Notes: generated by a model not told the origin, from the sequence alone. Shown: positions 38,935 to 50,084, numbered from the stretch's first letter. The stretch is 64,000 bases of DNA from an uncultured delta proteobacterium (GCA_963790475.1 CAWBOS010000010.1:1664001-1728000); one strand, 5' to 3'. A program made the numbers and translations.

Positions 38935-40650
38935 GTGAAGACCTATCCCGAATACAGCACCAATTACCCCCTGCTCCTGACAACTTTTATGAAAAGGCCG
39001 GTCAACCTTTATCCGGACAGAATAGGGGTGGTCTACCGAAGCCCGAAGACCGGCCGCTATTTCCGCTTCACCTGGCGCGAGTGGTACCAACGCACCTGCC
39101 GGCTGGCTAATGCCCTGCAATCGCTGGGGGTCAATCCCGGGAAAGCGAGGGAACCGGGTGACCGGGTGGCGACCATGGCCCTCAATCATCATGCCCATCT
39201 GGAACTCTATTACGCCGTTTCCTGTTCAGGTGCGGTTCTGCACCCCATCAATATCAGACTTTCTCTGGATCACATCGTCCATACCATCATTCATGGAGAA
39301 GATAAAATTTTGTTTTTCGATGATGAATTTCTGCCCATGGTAGAAACCATCTATGATCGGATTAAAGACACCGTTAAAACCTTGGTCTATATTTCCGAAA
39401 AGCCGGGGAAACCGGAAACAAAACTAAAGAATCTCCTCATTTATGAAGAACTGCTCGAGAAGCAGTCGCCGGAATTCGAATGGCCCTACCTTCATGAAGA
39501 TACCTATGCCACCCTGTGTTACACTACCGGCACCACAGGAATGCCCAAAGGGGTCATGTTCACCCATAGGACCCTTTATCTTATCAACATTCACAAAATG
39601 GCCAGGGATTTTCTAAATAACGACCCTGCCCTGGTCTATTCGGGTGAAAAGGAAGTAGTCCTGTTGAATACACCCTTGTATCATATTCACGGTTGGGGAT
39701 ACCCCTACCAGTTTCTCTTCTCGGCCAACAAACTGGTCTTCCCCGGAAAATTTACTGCTGAGGGGTTTTGCGAAATAGTCCAGACCGAGAAGGTGACCAT
39801 GTCCAATCTGGTGCCCACCAGTCTGGCCATGCTGATTGAGTATGAAGATTTGAAGAAATATGATTTGAGCAGCCTGAAGAATATCCAGGTGGGAGGTGCA
39901 GCCTTGCCCCTGGGTCTCAAAGCCAAGGCCGAGGAGTTGATCCCCGGATTTGTGGCCACCTCCGCCTACGGCATGACCGAAACCGCCCCCTCGGTTGTGG
40001 CTACCTTTATCAAGCAGGAGATGATAGACAAATCCAAAGAGGAACTGGATGCGATCCGGGTTAAAACAGGCCTTCCTCTGCCAGGGTTGGAGGTCGAGGT
40101 GGTGGATGATCAAGACCGGCCGGTGCCCCGTGATGATTCCACTATCGGCCAGATCATTATCCGGGGGCCTTGGGTCATGGAGCAGTATTACAAAGATCCG
40201 GAAAACACGGCCAAGGTCTGGCCCGACGGTTGGTTTCATACCGGCGATGTGGCCAGGGTCGATTCAAAGGGTTACCTGACCATCGCCGACCGGGTGTCTG
40301 ATATGATTCGCAGCGGGGCCGAGATGGTACCCACCGTACTGCTGGAAAACGTGGCCGCTTCCGCCGACTTCATCCTTGAAGCGACTTTTGTCGGCGTCCC
40401 GGATGCCAAGTGGGGCCAAAGACCCATGGCTATCGTAACCCTGGTCTCGGGTGTGAATAAAACCGAGGAAGACGTCCTTCAATATCTGAGAACGGAAGGA
40501 GTGGAAAAAGGAAAGATCGCCAAATGGATGCTTCCGGATTATATTCTCATCACTAACGATATACCCAAGACCAGTGTCGGGAAATTTAACAAACTCTTCA
40601 TCAAAGAGAATATGGCGACCTTTCTGTCCGGAGCAAAAAAAATGGTTTAG
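38935..40650 (+). CDS. Fatty-acid--CoA ligase, paralog of 2800-4518
   Basis: GTG start after AAGGAG; TYPEYSTNYPLLLTTFMKRPV identical to the paralog; YTTGTTGMPKG, PKTSVGK. Confidence 0.92.
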   Translation: MKTYPEYSTNYPLLLTTFMKRPVNLYPDRIGVVYRSPKTGRYFRFTWREWYQRTCRLANALQSLGVNPGKAREPGDRVATMALNHHAHLELYYAVSCSGAVLHPINIRLSLDHIVHTIIHGEDKILFFDDEFLPMVETIYDRIKDTVKTLVYISEKPGKPETKLKNLLIYEELLEKQSPEFEWPYLHEDTYATLCYTTGTTGMPKGVMFTHRTLYLINIHKMARDFLNNDPALVYSGEKEVVLLNTPLYHIHGWGYPYQFLFSANKLVFPGKFTAEGFCEIVQTEKVTMSNLVPTSLAMLIEYEDLKKYDLSSLKNIQVGGAALPLGLKAKAEELIPGFVATSAYGMTETAPSVVATFIKQEMIDKSKEELDAIRVKTGLPLPGLEVEVVDDQDRPVPRDDSTIGQIIIRGPWVMEQYYKDPENTAKVWPDGWFHTGDVARVDSKGYLTIADRVSDMIRSGAEMVPTVLLENVAASADFILEATFVGVPDAKWGQRPMAIVTLVSGVNKTEEDVLQYLRTEGVEKGKIAKWMLPDYILITNDIPKTSVGKFNKLFIKENMATFLSGAKKMV

Positions 40651-40699
40651 AGGGCACAAATTTTTCCTCTCGCCCGTTCCCTCCGGTCTCTTAAGCCCG

Positions 40700-40895
40700 C
40701 CGAGTTCTCAGAGAGGGACTTCCTTTTTCAGGTAAATCGTTGAGTGGGCCGATTTACCTGGCCCCGCTACCCTACGAGGCTATGTTTGCCGACAGGCGAT
40801 AGCTGGTTATTGATTGCCGGCCCGTTGCCGGCGCAACGGCGGGACAATCAATAAATTAGGTCATCCCTGCGACTCTGAGAGCTCTCTGAGAGAAA
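40700..40895. repeat. Multi-hairpin element related to 19561-19752 (family B)
   Basis: Hairpins CAGGTAAATCG..CGATTTACCTG and TTATTGATTGCC..ACAATCAATAA inside the outer IR TCTCAGAGAG/CTCTCTGAGA. Confidence 0.6.
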
Positions 40896-40964
40896 AGACT
40901 TTGTCCGGTTTTTGTCTGTGTGCGTCTGTGGCAAAAAGGTTTTTGATAAACAGCTAAAGTGTTA

Positions 40965-41369
40965 TTATTTTTTTACCTCCCATAACACATTAACAATGAC
41001 CCATCGGCCGTCAAATTTTGCCAGATGCATATAATCAATCCAGCCAGCCGCCTCCAATTTCACGCTGGCCATACCGCCATAGATATCCAAAACCGTCACT
41101 TCTTTCATTCGTTTCTCCGGAGGCGTTGCCTGGCCTTGACCCGAGCGCCAGCGTTCTGCCAGCCTGGCGGCGCTCATATTTTCCAGGGTGTCCTGGCCGG
41201 AGTCCGGATGGGTGCGGACGATTCGCTTGGCCAGATCAGGGTGCAGGCTTTTTATCCCTCTCTCCGGATCTCCCTGGTACCAGGCTTCAATATAATTCAT
41301 TACCGTTTGTTTGATGGCCTCTACGTCTGCAATGGAAGTTTCTTTATCAGGTTCTGTTCGGATCGTCAT
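40965..41369 (-). CDS. NTF2/SnoaL-like (lumazine-binding-2) protein
   Basis: YIEAWY.GD, LHPDLAKR, DYMHLAK.DG.W.IVNVLW. Confidence 0.85.
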   Translation of the reverse strand: MTIRTEPDKETSIADVEAIKQTVMNYIEAWYQGDPERGIKSLHPDLAKRIVRTHPDSGQDTLENMSAARLAERWRSGQGQATPPEKRMKEVTVLDIYGGMASVKLEAAGWIDYMHLAKFDGRWVIVNVLWEVKK

Positions 41370-41398
41370 CGCCTATCCCCCCATAGAAAATTGATTTT

Positions 41399-42907
41399 TT
41401 AGATAAGCCCCTCCCAGACCTTCCGTTCCTGCTTAAAGGGATCCTCGCTAATCTTGACTTCGGTGCCCAGTAGCATAGTGCTCCTCTTTTTCTGATCGTA
41501 AGGCGCCCATCGAGGAATATTTTTGTGGGTCGGATTTCCGTTTCGGGCAAAAGAAGTCCAGGCATCCATTATCTTCCCGCTGAGAACATCGGTTTCCGCA
41601 CTTCTTTTGGGGTAGATCTTTCTCTCCTTTTCTCCCAGTGCGCCAAATACAAAAGGTATTTCCAGGGCATGGCAAGCCCCCAGGATTCCCCCCATAGCCG
41701 GGGATCGATAAGTAAACAAATAAGAAAATACCTGGGATTGATGCCTGCTTTGGGCTTCGACCAACCGTATCGCCGGAATCCGAAATCTAAAATCAGTCAT
41801 GACCGCATCCAGAATATTCAATGGATCAATCGGCAGTTTGCCTTCCCTGGCCCGGGAATACGTTTCAATCAGTTGTTTAGCCTGAGACTCGTCTTTTCCA
41901 AATATTCTTAGTATTCTGTGAACGGATTTCAGTAACCCATTTTCATCAAAACCTTTTGCCGGCGGACGCATGGCCGTATATAATTTGGCTTCATCCTGGT
42001 TGGTCCCGACGATCAGCGAGATATCCTTGGCCAGGCCCTTACCTACGGCTGCAAGAGGATGTTCCAATAAAGTTTTTCCGTCAACAAAGATACCATAGGG
42101 AAAATTTCTTCCTTTTTGCCGGGCCTCCAATTCCAGTCGAGTTCCGACATCGACAATCTTTCGGGTGGGTATTTTGCGCAAGACTTTGATATCGAATTCC
42201 TTCAATCCCAGTTCCGATAGGATTATTTCGGTGTTCTTTTCCGCTGGCGGGTGATGCACCAAAGGATGGCAGACACCGCTTTGGGCAATCACCCGGTGGA
42301 AAAGACCTTGAGCCGCGGGCATGGCCATCAAGGCACAGACAGCCACGCCCCCGGCGGATTCCCCAAAGATGGTCACATTATCCGGGTCCCCGCCGAAGGA
42401 TTCGATGTTGTCCCGGACCCATTCCAGGGCGGTGATTTGATCCGATTGACCCAAGTTCGCTATTTCATTTTTAACGTATAAATATCCGAAAATGCCCACC
42501 CGGTAATTAATGGTCACCACGACCACATCGTCGCGCCGGGCCAAAGCGGAACCGTCATCCCAGGCACCGCTGCCGAAGGAAAGGCCTCCGCCATGGATCC
42601 AAAACAGCACCGGACGCCGCCGCTTATCCGTTCCCGGAGTCCAGACGTTTAGGTTCAAACAATCCTTTTCACTCTGCTCCCACTCCGAATCGGGACCGAT
42701 GAAGGTATCTATCCTTTGCGGTGAAATCGGACCGTATTGGGTGCAGTCCAGAATTGGCTTCCAAGGTTCTTTAGGAATTGAGGGTTTAAAGCGCAATTCG
42801 CCGACCGGAGGTTCCGCAAAAGGGATCCCTTTAAATATTTTTATCCCGTTTTCGGAATAGCCCCGAATTTCTCCCGCTCTGGTTTCAACGACATTTTTTG
42901 GGTTCAT
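41399..42907 (-). CDS. Type-B carboxylesterase/lipase
   Basis: DCLNLNVWTP, WIHGGG, FGGDPDNVTIFGESAGG, GACHALEIPFVFG. Confidence 0.94.
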   Translation of the reverse strand: MNPKNVVETRAGEIRGYSENGIKIFKGIPFAEPPVGELRFKPSIPKEPWKPILDCTQYGPISPQRIDTFIGPDSEWEQSEKDCLNLNVWTPGTDKRRRPVLFWIHGGGLSFGSGAWDDGSALARRDDVVVVTINYRVGIFGYLYVKNEIANLGQSDQITALEWVRDNIESFGGDPDNVTIFGESAGGVAVCALMAMPAAQGLFHRVIAQSGVCHPLVHHPPAEKNTEIILSELGLKEFDIKVLRKIPTRKIVDVGTRLELEARQKGRNFPYGIFVDGKTLLEHPLAAVGKGLAKDISLIVGTNQDEAKLYTAMRPPAKGFDENGLLKSVHRILRIFGKDESQAKQLIETYSRAREGKLPIDPLNILDAVMTDFRFRIPAIRLVEAQSRHQSQVFSYLFTYRSPAMGGILGACHALEIPFVFGALGEKERKIYPKRSAETDVLSGKIMDAWTSFARNGNPTHKNIPRWAPYDQKKRSTMLLGTEVKISEDPFKQERKVWEGLI

Positions 42908-43327
42908 ACTTCCCTCATGTTTGGTTATCATTATGATGATTGAACTCACTTCTTGAAGGCTGGAGTATAAAATAAGAAAAAGACAGGATCAAGGAGAAAA
43001 GCAAACCAATGGGGCAGGATAGAAGGCATCCTTGCTAATTTTTCATTTAACCAGCTATCGTTAAGGTTAGAAGCAATAAACGGGTAAACTTGCCAAGTAA
43101 GTCTTATTGCCAATCCAATTTCCGATCGCCTACCACGGTAGCGAAACATTGCCCATGAAATTTTTCATTTGAATCTATCTCCTTCTTTTTTCTGCAAGGA
43201 CGGGAATAAAACCCATCCTTCATATAGGTGTTTTCCCATTTGGTTATTCCTATGGGGACTTCGTATAGGTACTTTCTGAGAATCCCACTTCATTTCCCGC
43301 TCCAATTTTTGCGAGCTCTTACCTAAA

Positions 43328-43730
43328 TCACTTAGAGCCGAGTTCTGCAATGAATGACCGTGTTAATTGGACAGTTCCATCTCCCTTTATGCCTATGCCC
43401 ATCACATTTTCATGCCAGGGAGAAAGCCCATAGGTGATGATTTTTCCATCTTGGACCACACCTCTACCGCTATAAATACCATCTGCAAGTCCGGGATGTA
43501 TTTTATACAATTCGGGCATGTTAAGCGGATCTGTATAAAAAGCGAATTTCTTTCCCCTTAGGACACCTGCTTCCGCTAAGACAATGCCGGAATAGGCGTT
43601 GGCGGCAACGGGTTTCCCCTCTGACAGAGCTTTCTTTACTAACGCAATTGCTTCCTGCGGCACCGGTGGCCCCGGCATCAATCCGGCAGCCATGTGCGCC
43701 AGGATGATACCCTTATAGTTGGTTAGAATT
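43328..43730 (-). pseudogene. DJ-1/PfpI-like protein, N-terminally truncated
   Basis: GKPVAA....VLAEAGVL.GK, GVVQDGKIIT; N-terminal part missing. Confidence 0.6.
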
Positions 43731-43823
43731 TGACAGTAAAATGGATTGGGAAATTATTTAGGAGAAAAAAACAAGCCCCTATAAGGAGGTCTCCCTTTAT
43801 GGAGGCTTCATATTGGAAATTTC

Positions 43824-43901
43824 TCAAACTTCCACCTCATATCCGCTCCAAAATAAGGGATCAGACTCTATCTGAATCCCATTTTCGTTCGCTTTGGCCA
43901 T
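43824..43901 (-). pseudogene. Gene-start remnant (alpha/beta hydrolase-like N-terminus)
   Basis: GGAGG RBS then MAKANENGIQIES..., stop after 25 aa. Confidence 0.4.
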
Positions 43902-43989
43902 GATCATTACCTCCATTTAATGGTAAATGTCATCATTGAAAATCTCTAAACCTTCAATAATCGGGGATCGAAAAAATATAAGACTCGGA

Positions 43990-44130
43990 TTTATTGCCGT
44001 TTCACGGTGAATGATCTTTTCTAAATCGGCTACATGAGGAGGCTCGTCTTTCAAAACATTATCCCATACGATGTCACGATTGACGTCAAAGCAGCCATGA
44101 ATCAAACGATCTATCAAAGCCCGGCCAGCT
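43990..44130 (-). pseudogene. HepT/DUF86 toxin C-terminal remnant
   Basis: AG..DRLIHGCFDVNRDIVW...LEKII, a degenerate RxxxxHxY region. Confidence 0.65.
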
Positions 44131-44176
44131 CTTCTTCGTTTCTCAACTTTTCGTCCTTCACAATTTGTCCTTTCCC

Positions 44177-45082
44177 CTACGCTTTTCCTTTCATATATTT
44201 ATTAACGAAATCACCTACTTTTTCAATACCTTCTTGCCCTTCCGGCGCCCACGCAGCAAAAGCATGAAACACGTGAATCATATCTTCAAAAATCTCTAAG
44301 GTGACATCAACTCCTGCTTCTTTTGCAAGTTGAGCAAGCCGAGTTGAATCGTCATAAAGAATCTCGGATGTTCCTACATGGATGAGGAGCGGAGGTAATC
44401 CCCGGAGGTCCGCAAAAAGAGGGGAAACCAAAGGATTCTTTCTGTCTTTTTCTTCAACGTATTGACTCACCATGAACTCCATGCCTTCCGGTGATACAAA
44501 TGGGTCCAATTCTGCTCTGGTTTTCAATGATTCACCAGACAAGGTAAAGTCTGTTGCAGGAGAAAGACACACTGCCGCAACTGGAAGAAGCGTTCCTTCA
44601 TCTCGAAGTTTGATAAGGATAGTTAGCGTCAGATTGCCTCCAGCAGAATCCCCGGCAATTATTAAATTCTCAGGTTTAATTCCTTGGGATAGAACCCATT
44701 TATAGGCAGAAATACAATCATTCAGTCCCGCTGGAAATGGGTGTTCCGGGGCAAGCCTGTAATCGACAATTAAAACCCGCGTTTTAGATGCCCTGGAAAT
44801 TCCAGCTACAAGGTTTCGATGTGTATTAATTGAACCTGCTATCCAACCTCCTCCGTGGAGGTATAAAATAACATTGCTTTCTACAGCACCTGGAGTGGAA
44901 ACCCATTCAGCCGGAACTCCCCCGGCATCTATCGGAACGCATTTCACATCGTCAGGAAGTCCCGCCATTGTAGCCATTTGCTCTAAACCGTCTCGCATAG
45001 CTTGTACGCTTAGTTCTTCTTGCTGGAATTCTTGAAATTGTTTCACTAAATTAATTACATTTTGCATTCCTTCACTAATCAT
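44177..45082 (-). CDS. HSL-family (family IV) esterase
   Basis: YLHGGG, YRLAPEHPFP, GDSAGG, HVF. Confidence 0.94.
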   Translation of the reverse strand: MISEGMQNVINLVKQFQEFQQEELSVQAMRDGLEQMATMAGLPDDVKCVPIDAGGVPAEWVSTPGAVESNVILYLHGGGWIAGSINTHRNLVAGISRASKTRVLIVDYRLAPEHPFPAGLNDCISAYKWVLSQGIKPENLIIAGDSAGGNLTLTILIKLRDEGTLLPVAAVCLSPATDFTLSGESLKTRAELDPFVSPEGMEFMVSQYVEEKDRKNPLVSPLFADLRGLPPLLIHVGTSEILYDDSTRLAQLAKEAGVDVTLEIFEDMIHVFHAFAAWAPEGQEGIEKVGDFVNKYMKGKA

Positions 45083-45513
45083 CGGCTTATTCCTCCTTTT
45101 TCAACTTTGGAAAATAAGGACAGCACCTATTTTCCTAATGATCGAAAACATCATAGGAAAATATTGACTCTCGTTTTCAATTTTTTTTAAGAGAAAATCT
45201 TCCTAAGAAATACAATGAAAACTTTTTATGGAAAAAATGGATACCTGTTCAGCTATCACTTCAACCGGTTGTTTGGCCGTATAACTTACTTTAAAAAGCA
45301 ATTAAATGTTAACTTCACAGATACGGGTGAAAGGAAATCTTGGTTTGAACTGCATTTAAAATAAATAAATGAGGATGCGGTTCTGCTTTGTGCTGTGTGT
45401 GGTTCTTTGGTCTGTGTATATACCGGAAGATTCTGAAATGTCAAAAGTTTTTCCTGGGGAGGTCATAGGGGAAAAGCCAGGCCTCTGCTGATCAGCCGTT
45501 GTTTCGCTCCCCA

Positions 45514-48500
45514 TCAAAGCTTCCCCAAAATCTCCCGTGTCCTCTCCAGGTAATATTCCATTCCCATCTCCTGAAACATTCCTTCCGCCTCTTTCAGGTT
45601 TTCCAGGGCCTTTTCTTTTTCGCCCCCATCCAGGCAGAACTCGCCCAGGTACATGCGTCCCGGCGAATAGAAGGGTTTCAGTTCTTGGTCTTGTAGGATG
45701 GCCAATCCCTGAGAGAAACATTCTTCAGCCTTTTCAATCCGTCGTGGTTCCTTTTTGCCAAGCACTCTCCCGAGACCAACAAGTGCAAGGCCTTCCACTG
45801 CTTTTTCACCGTTCTTGCGAGAAAGGCTCAAGGCCTCTTCCATAACGGTTTTGGCATTTTCCAGATCGTTCAGGGCCAGGCCAATTTCACCCATAGTGTA
45901 ATGAGCAATGGAAATGGTTTGTACAACGCCAGTCTCAGCCCATATATGAAGCCCCTTTTCTGCCTTTTTTCTGCCGGTCTCGGGATCGCCAAGAAATGAA
46001 TGAACATGTCCGAGGAAACATAAGGCCATGGCTGCTCCCCAAGTAAACTTGGCTTCTTCACAATAGACAATTCCCTCCTCAAAGTGCTCCTTTGCGGATG
46101 TAAAGTCTCCTTTGGAGTAATAGAGCAAACCATAAAAAACCTGAGTTATTCCCAGAGTGGCCGGGTCACCGGTCAGCAAAGCATTAGAGAGGGCTTTCTC
46201 CATGAAGGCCTTTCCTTCTTCAAAACGCCCTAAGACGCCCAAGGCATCGCCGCAATATGAACAAATAAAAGAATATGGATTCAGAGATACAGTAAAGAAT
46301 TCGGATTCTCTTCCTTTTTTCTCGATAAGATGGATCACCTCGGGCATTTTATCAATGATCTTTTTATATTGGCCTAATGAATAGTAGGTAACACAAAGAG
46401 AAACACCAAGAGGGACCATCAAGTCAATATCCTGTGCCTTTAGGGTCTCTTCAAAACCCTCTTCCGTATACCTGATCGCTGTCAGATAATCCCCTGTTTG
46501 CGTGTAATAATTTCCCAACAAAGAATGGATTAATGCGAGACGTCTCGTGTCCCCCATCTCCTTTGCCAGCCCTTCGCCTTGCATAAGAAACCCGAAGGAA
46601 CCTTCCGGATATCCGAGAAGTGCCATCGGAGGTCTCATTAATAATATAATATCGATTATTTCTTTCTTCTTCTCATTGATTTCAGGTGGTCTGCTGAGAA
46701 AATTCACGGCCTCCTTATAGAAACCGTAAGCCTCCCAGAGGGCATGATTTCGAACCGCCTTTCCCCTAGATAACTTTAAGTATTGGCCACCCTTCTCAAT
46801 CTCTTCACTTTTGGAGTAATGATAGGCCAGGACTTCATAGAATTCTTCCAGGTTTCCGGCATAGATCTCCTCTATGGCACTTCCGATCCTCTTGTGGATC
46901 TCTTTGCGTCGGTTGGAGAGGAGGCTGTTGTAGGCCACTTCCTGGGTCAGAGCATGTTTGAAGACATATTCGAGCTCCGGGAAGAGGCTCTTTTCGTAGA
47001 TGAGCTCCAGTCCCTGGAGATTCAAAAGCTCGGACTTCAGGTCTTCCCTCAGGTCGCTGATGGCTTGTAGAATGCGGAAGGCGAACTCCCTGCCGATGAC
47101 CGAGGCCACTTGCATGATTCTTTTCAGGTTCTCCTCCAGCCGGTCCATCCGGGCGGCAATGATACCCTGGATGGTGTCAGGCACCTGGAGGTCTGAGGGC
47201 TTTTTGCTTAATATGAATTGATCTCCGCTTCTCTGGATTGATCCGTTCTCCAGTAGTGAGTGGGTCAACTCCTCCATGAATAGGGGATTGCCTGCGGCCC
47301 GGTTCAGGATAAGGCTGCTGAGTTCCGGGGCGGTTTCCCCCCTTCCAGGATGGCCCTGACCAGTTCGGCACTGGACTTCAGGGTGAGTTGATCCAGCCCA
47401 ATCCGGTTGAAGTAGGACTTGTTCCCCCAACTATGGGTGTATTCGGGACGGTAGAGCAAGACCAACATAACCTTCACATTGGCCAGCCAGCCGATGAGGT
47501 AGTCCAGGAACTCTTCGGAGGTCTTGTCGATCCAATGGAGATCTTCTATGACCAGTACCAGGGGACGTTCCTGGCTTTCCCTGATGAACAGATCTCGAAG
47601 GGCCTCAAAGACCTTTTCCCTTCTTTGTTTAGGTTCGAGCTTAAGGTAGCCCTCATCCTCCACCTTGAGAGAGAGGAGATCCTGAATCGGTGAGATGATC
47701 CCCTGAAGCTTCTCGTCAAGGCCTAAGATTCTTTCCCTGACCCGCTTGCGGATGACCATTTCCCGCTCACCTTCCCTGATTTCAAAAAAGGATCTCAGAA
47801 CGTCGAGGATGGGAAGATATGGCATGGCTCCCCCATAGTGGATGCAGTGGCCTTCCAGATAACCGAATTCTTCTTGAGGCAGTCGGTTTCTGAACTCAAA
47901 CAGGAGTCTCGATTTACCCACCCCGGCCTCTCCAACCATCCCCACTACCTGGCCGGTTCCGCTCTTTACCTTCTCGTAGGCCTCCATCAGGGCAGCCATG
48001 GAGTTCTTCCGACCCACAAACCGGGTAAGCCCCCTGGCCATAGACGCTTCCAGCCTGGTAGCTGCTCCCCCGGCCTTGACCAGCTCAAAGGCTTCCTGGG
48101 GCTCTTCCTTGCCTTTCACTTCCAATGGACCAATCGGTTTCAGATCGAAGTAGTCCTTGACCAGGCGGTGAGTGTCCCTGGAGAGAAGCACGGTCCCGGG
48201 CTGAGCCAGGCCCTCCATACGGGAGGCCAGATTGATGGTGTCCCCGATGGCCGTGTAATCCATGTGCAGATCGTCCCCGATGGAACCGACGACCACGGGA
48301 CCGGAGTTGAGGCCGATACGCATCTGAAATTCCCGGCCATAATCCTTCTTGATCTTCTCACTGTATTCGGCCAGGTCCTTCTGAATAGCCAGGGCCGCAT
48401 AACAGGCCCGCTGGGCATGGTCCTCATGGGCCAGGGGGGCACCGAACAGGGCCATGACCCCATCTCCGGTGAACTGGTTGATGGTCCCCTCATACTGGTG

Positions 48501-48878
48501 AATCTCATCCATCAGTATCCGCAGGCACCCCTCCATGATCTGGTGCACTTCCTCCGGTTCGAGTTTCTCCGATAATGAGGTGAAACCAGCCACATCGGCA
48601 AACATCACCGTGACCAGCTTGCGTTCGCCTTCCAGGGCACTTCGGGTGGTCAGGATCTTATCGGCTAAATGTTTAGGGGTGTAGGACTGGGGGTGGTCGT
48701 AGTTAATCGGGGAGGTTTCTTTGGGAGCTCGAAGATCTTGTCCGCAATCGCCACAGAACTCATCGTCGGGAAGGCATTCCGAGTTGCAATGCGGGCATAC
48801 TCTCAAAAATTTTGCCCCACACTTTCTGCAAAACTTTTTTGTTTCCGGGTTTTCAGTTTGACATTTGGGACAAATCAT
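45514..48878 (-). pseudogene. Double zinc ribbon + class III adenylate/guanylate cyclase + AAA (STAND) + TPR protein, split by one frameshift
   Basis: CxxC x4, FADVAGFT, GDGVMALFGAP, GDTINLASR, GEAGVGKS, EDLHW, GNPLF, TPRs; frame change at the G6 run 47337-47342. Confidence 0.88.
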
Positions 48879-49001
48879 ATTGCATCCCTCCTACCCCAAA
48901 CCGGTCCACTGTGAAGACTCATCCTGCTTTGGCGATAGTCTTCCAATACTGTAAGCAGAAATGGTCAAGCCAGCCATAGGGATTCATTGTGACCTGGTAT
49001 A

Positions 49002-49886
49002 TTATGCTCCCATTACCTCTTGGACAATTTGGGCGAGATCCTGTGGCGGCAGCATGGGTTCAGGATTTTTACTGCCCAGTATGTTTTTAAGTCTCGCCTC
49101 AACATTATTACTGAAATCGTGTGGTAATATATAAAAACGTTCCTCTCTTATGGCCTCAACGACCTGCCGACCTATTTCTTTTGGATCCATACCCCGTTCA
49201 ATCCAAAGTCCATAGGCCTTTCTAAATAACTCTTCCTCCTTGGTTAACCCCGGAGGTGGCGGTACCGAATCGGGTCTAAGCCTCTCAGATGAATGCATGA
49301 TATCTGTATTGACAGGGCCGGGGCACAAAACACTTACTTTGACTTTGCTCGCTCTATTCTTAAGTTCAAGGTGCATGGATTCTGACAAGGCCACAACCGC
49401 GTGTTTGCTTACCCCATAGGAGACATTCCAGGCGTTCATAACTATTCCAGCCGCGGATGCAGTATTCACGATATGTGCTTCATCCTCCTGTTCAAGCATT
49501 ATTGGCATAAAGGTGTGGATGCCATTGATTACACCCATAAGATTGACCCCGAGAACCCACCTCCAGGCCTCTAAAGGCTCCTCCCAGCTACTGCGTGCAC
49601 CATAAGCAACACCGGCATTATTGCACAAAACATGAACTTTCCCGAAGGTATTATGTGCCTGTCTGGCCAGTTCCTCTACCTGTTCAGGATCAGAGACATC
49701 AGTGGGAATTCCAATTACATTAGCCCCAGAGTCCGTAAATGACTTCAAGGTGACATTAAGTCTATCTGCATCAATATCCGCTAAAACTGCTTTCATTCCT
49801 AATTTAACAAAATTTTCCACCATCCCCCGACCAATACCACTGGCCGCACCTGTCACTACAGCTACCCGGTCATTAAATTCTTTCAT
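49002..49886 (-). CDS. SDR family oxidoreductase
   Basis: TGAASGIG, NNAG, YGVSK. Confidence 0.94.
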   Translation of the reverse strand: MKEFNDRVAVVTGAASGIGRGMVENFVKLGMKAVLADIDADRLNVTLKSFTDSGANVIGIPTDVSDPEQVEELARQAHNTFGKVHVLCNNAGVAYGARSSWEEPLEAWRWVLGVNLMGVINGIHTFMPIMLEQEDEAHIVNTASAAGIVMNAWNVSYGVSKHAVVALSESMHLELKNRASKVKVSVLCPGPVNTDIMHSSERLRPDSVPPPPGLTKEEELFRKAYGLWIERGMDPKEIGRQVVEAIREERFYILPHDFSNNVEARLKNILGSKNPEPMLPPQDLAQIVQEVMGA

Positions 49887-49940
49887 AAGGCCCCCTTTTT
49901 ATATTTTTTGTCAAAAGTTAATGAACTAAAGATTCCCGAT

Positions 49941-50084
49941 TCAGTTCCCCGGATTCCTAATTTTGTTCCAATTAAGAGCCATTAGTTTTCTCTGTTCAGG
50001 GAAGGCCACCTCAATCTCTCGACCGCACTCTTTGCAGAATTTGGTTGAGTCAGGAAGGTGTGTTTGACACTTGGGACACTGCAT
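49941..50084 (-). pseudogene. Zinc-ribbon N-terminal remnant of another cyclase-type gene
   Basis: MQCPKCQTHLPDSTKFCKECG... stops at 47 aa; similar to the start of the 48878 gene. Confidence 0.6.

Noticed and set aside
47334-47343. Programmed -1 ribosomal frameshift at GGGAAAC
   Set aside because: The heptamer is not in the X XXY YYZ phase of the upstream reading frame (codons read GGG GGG AAA).
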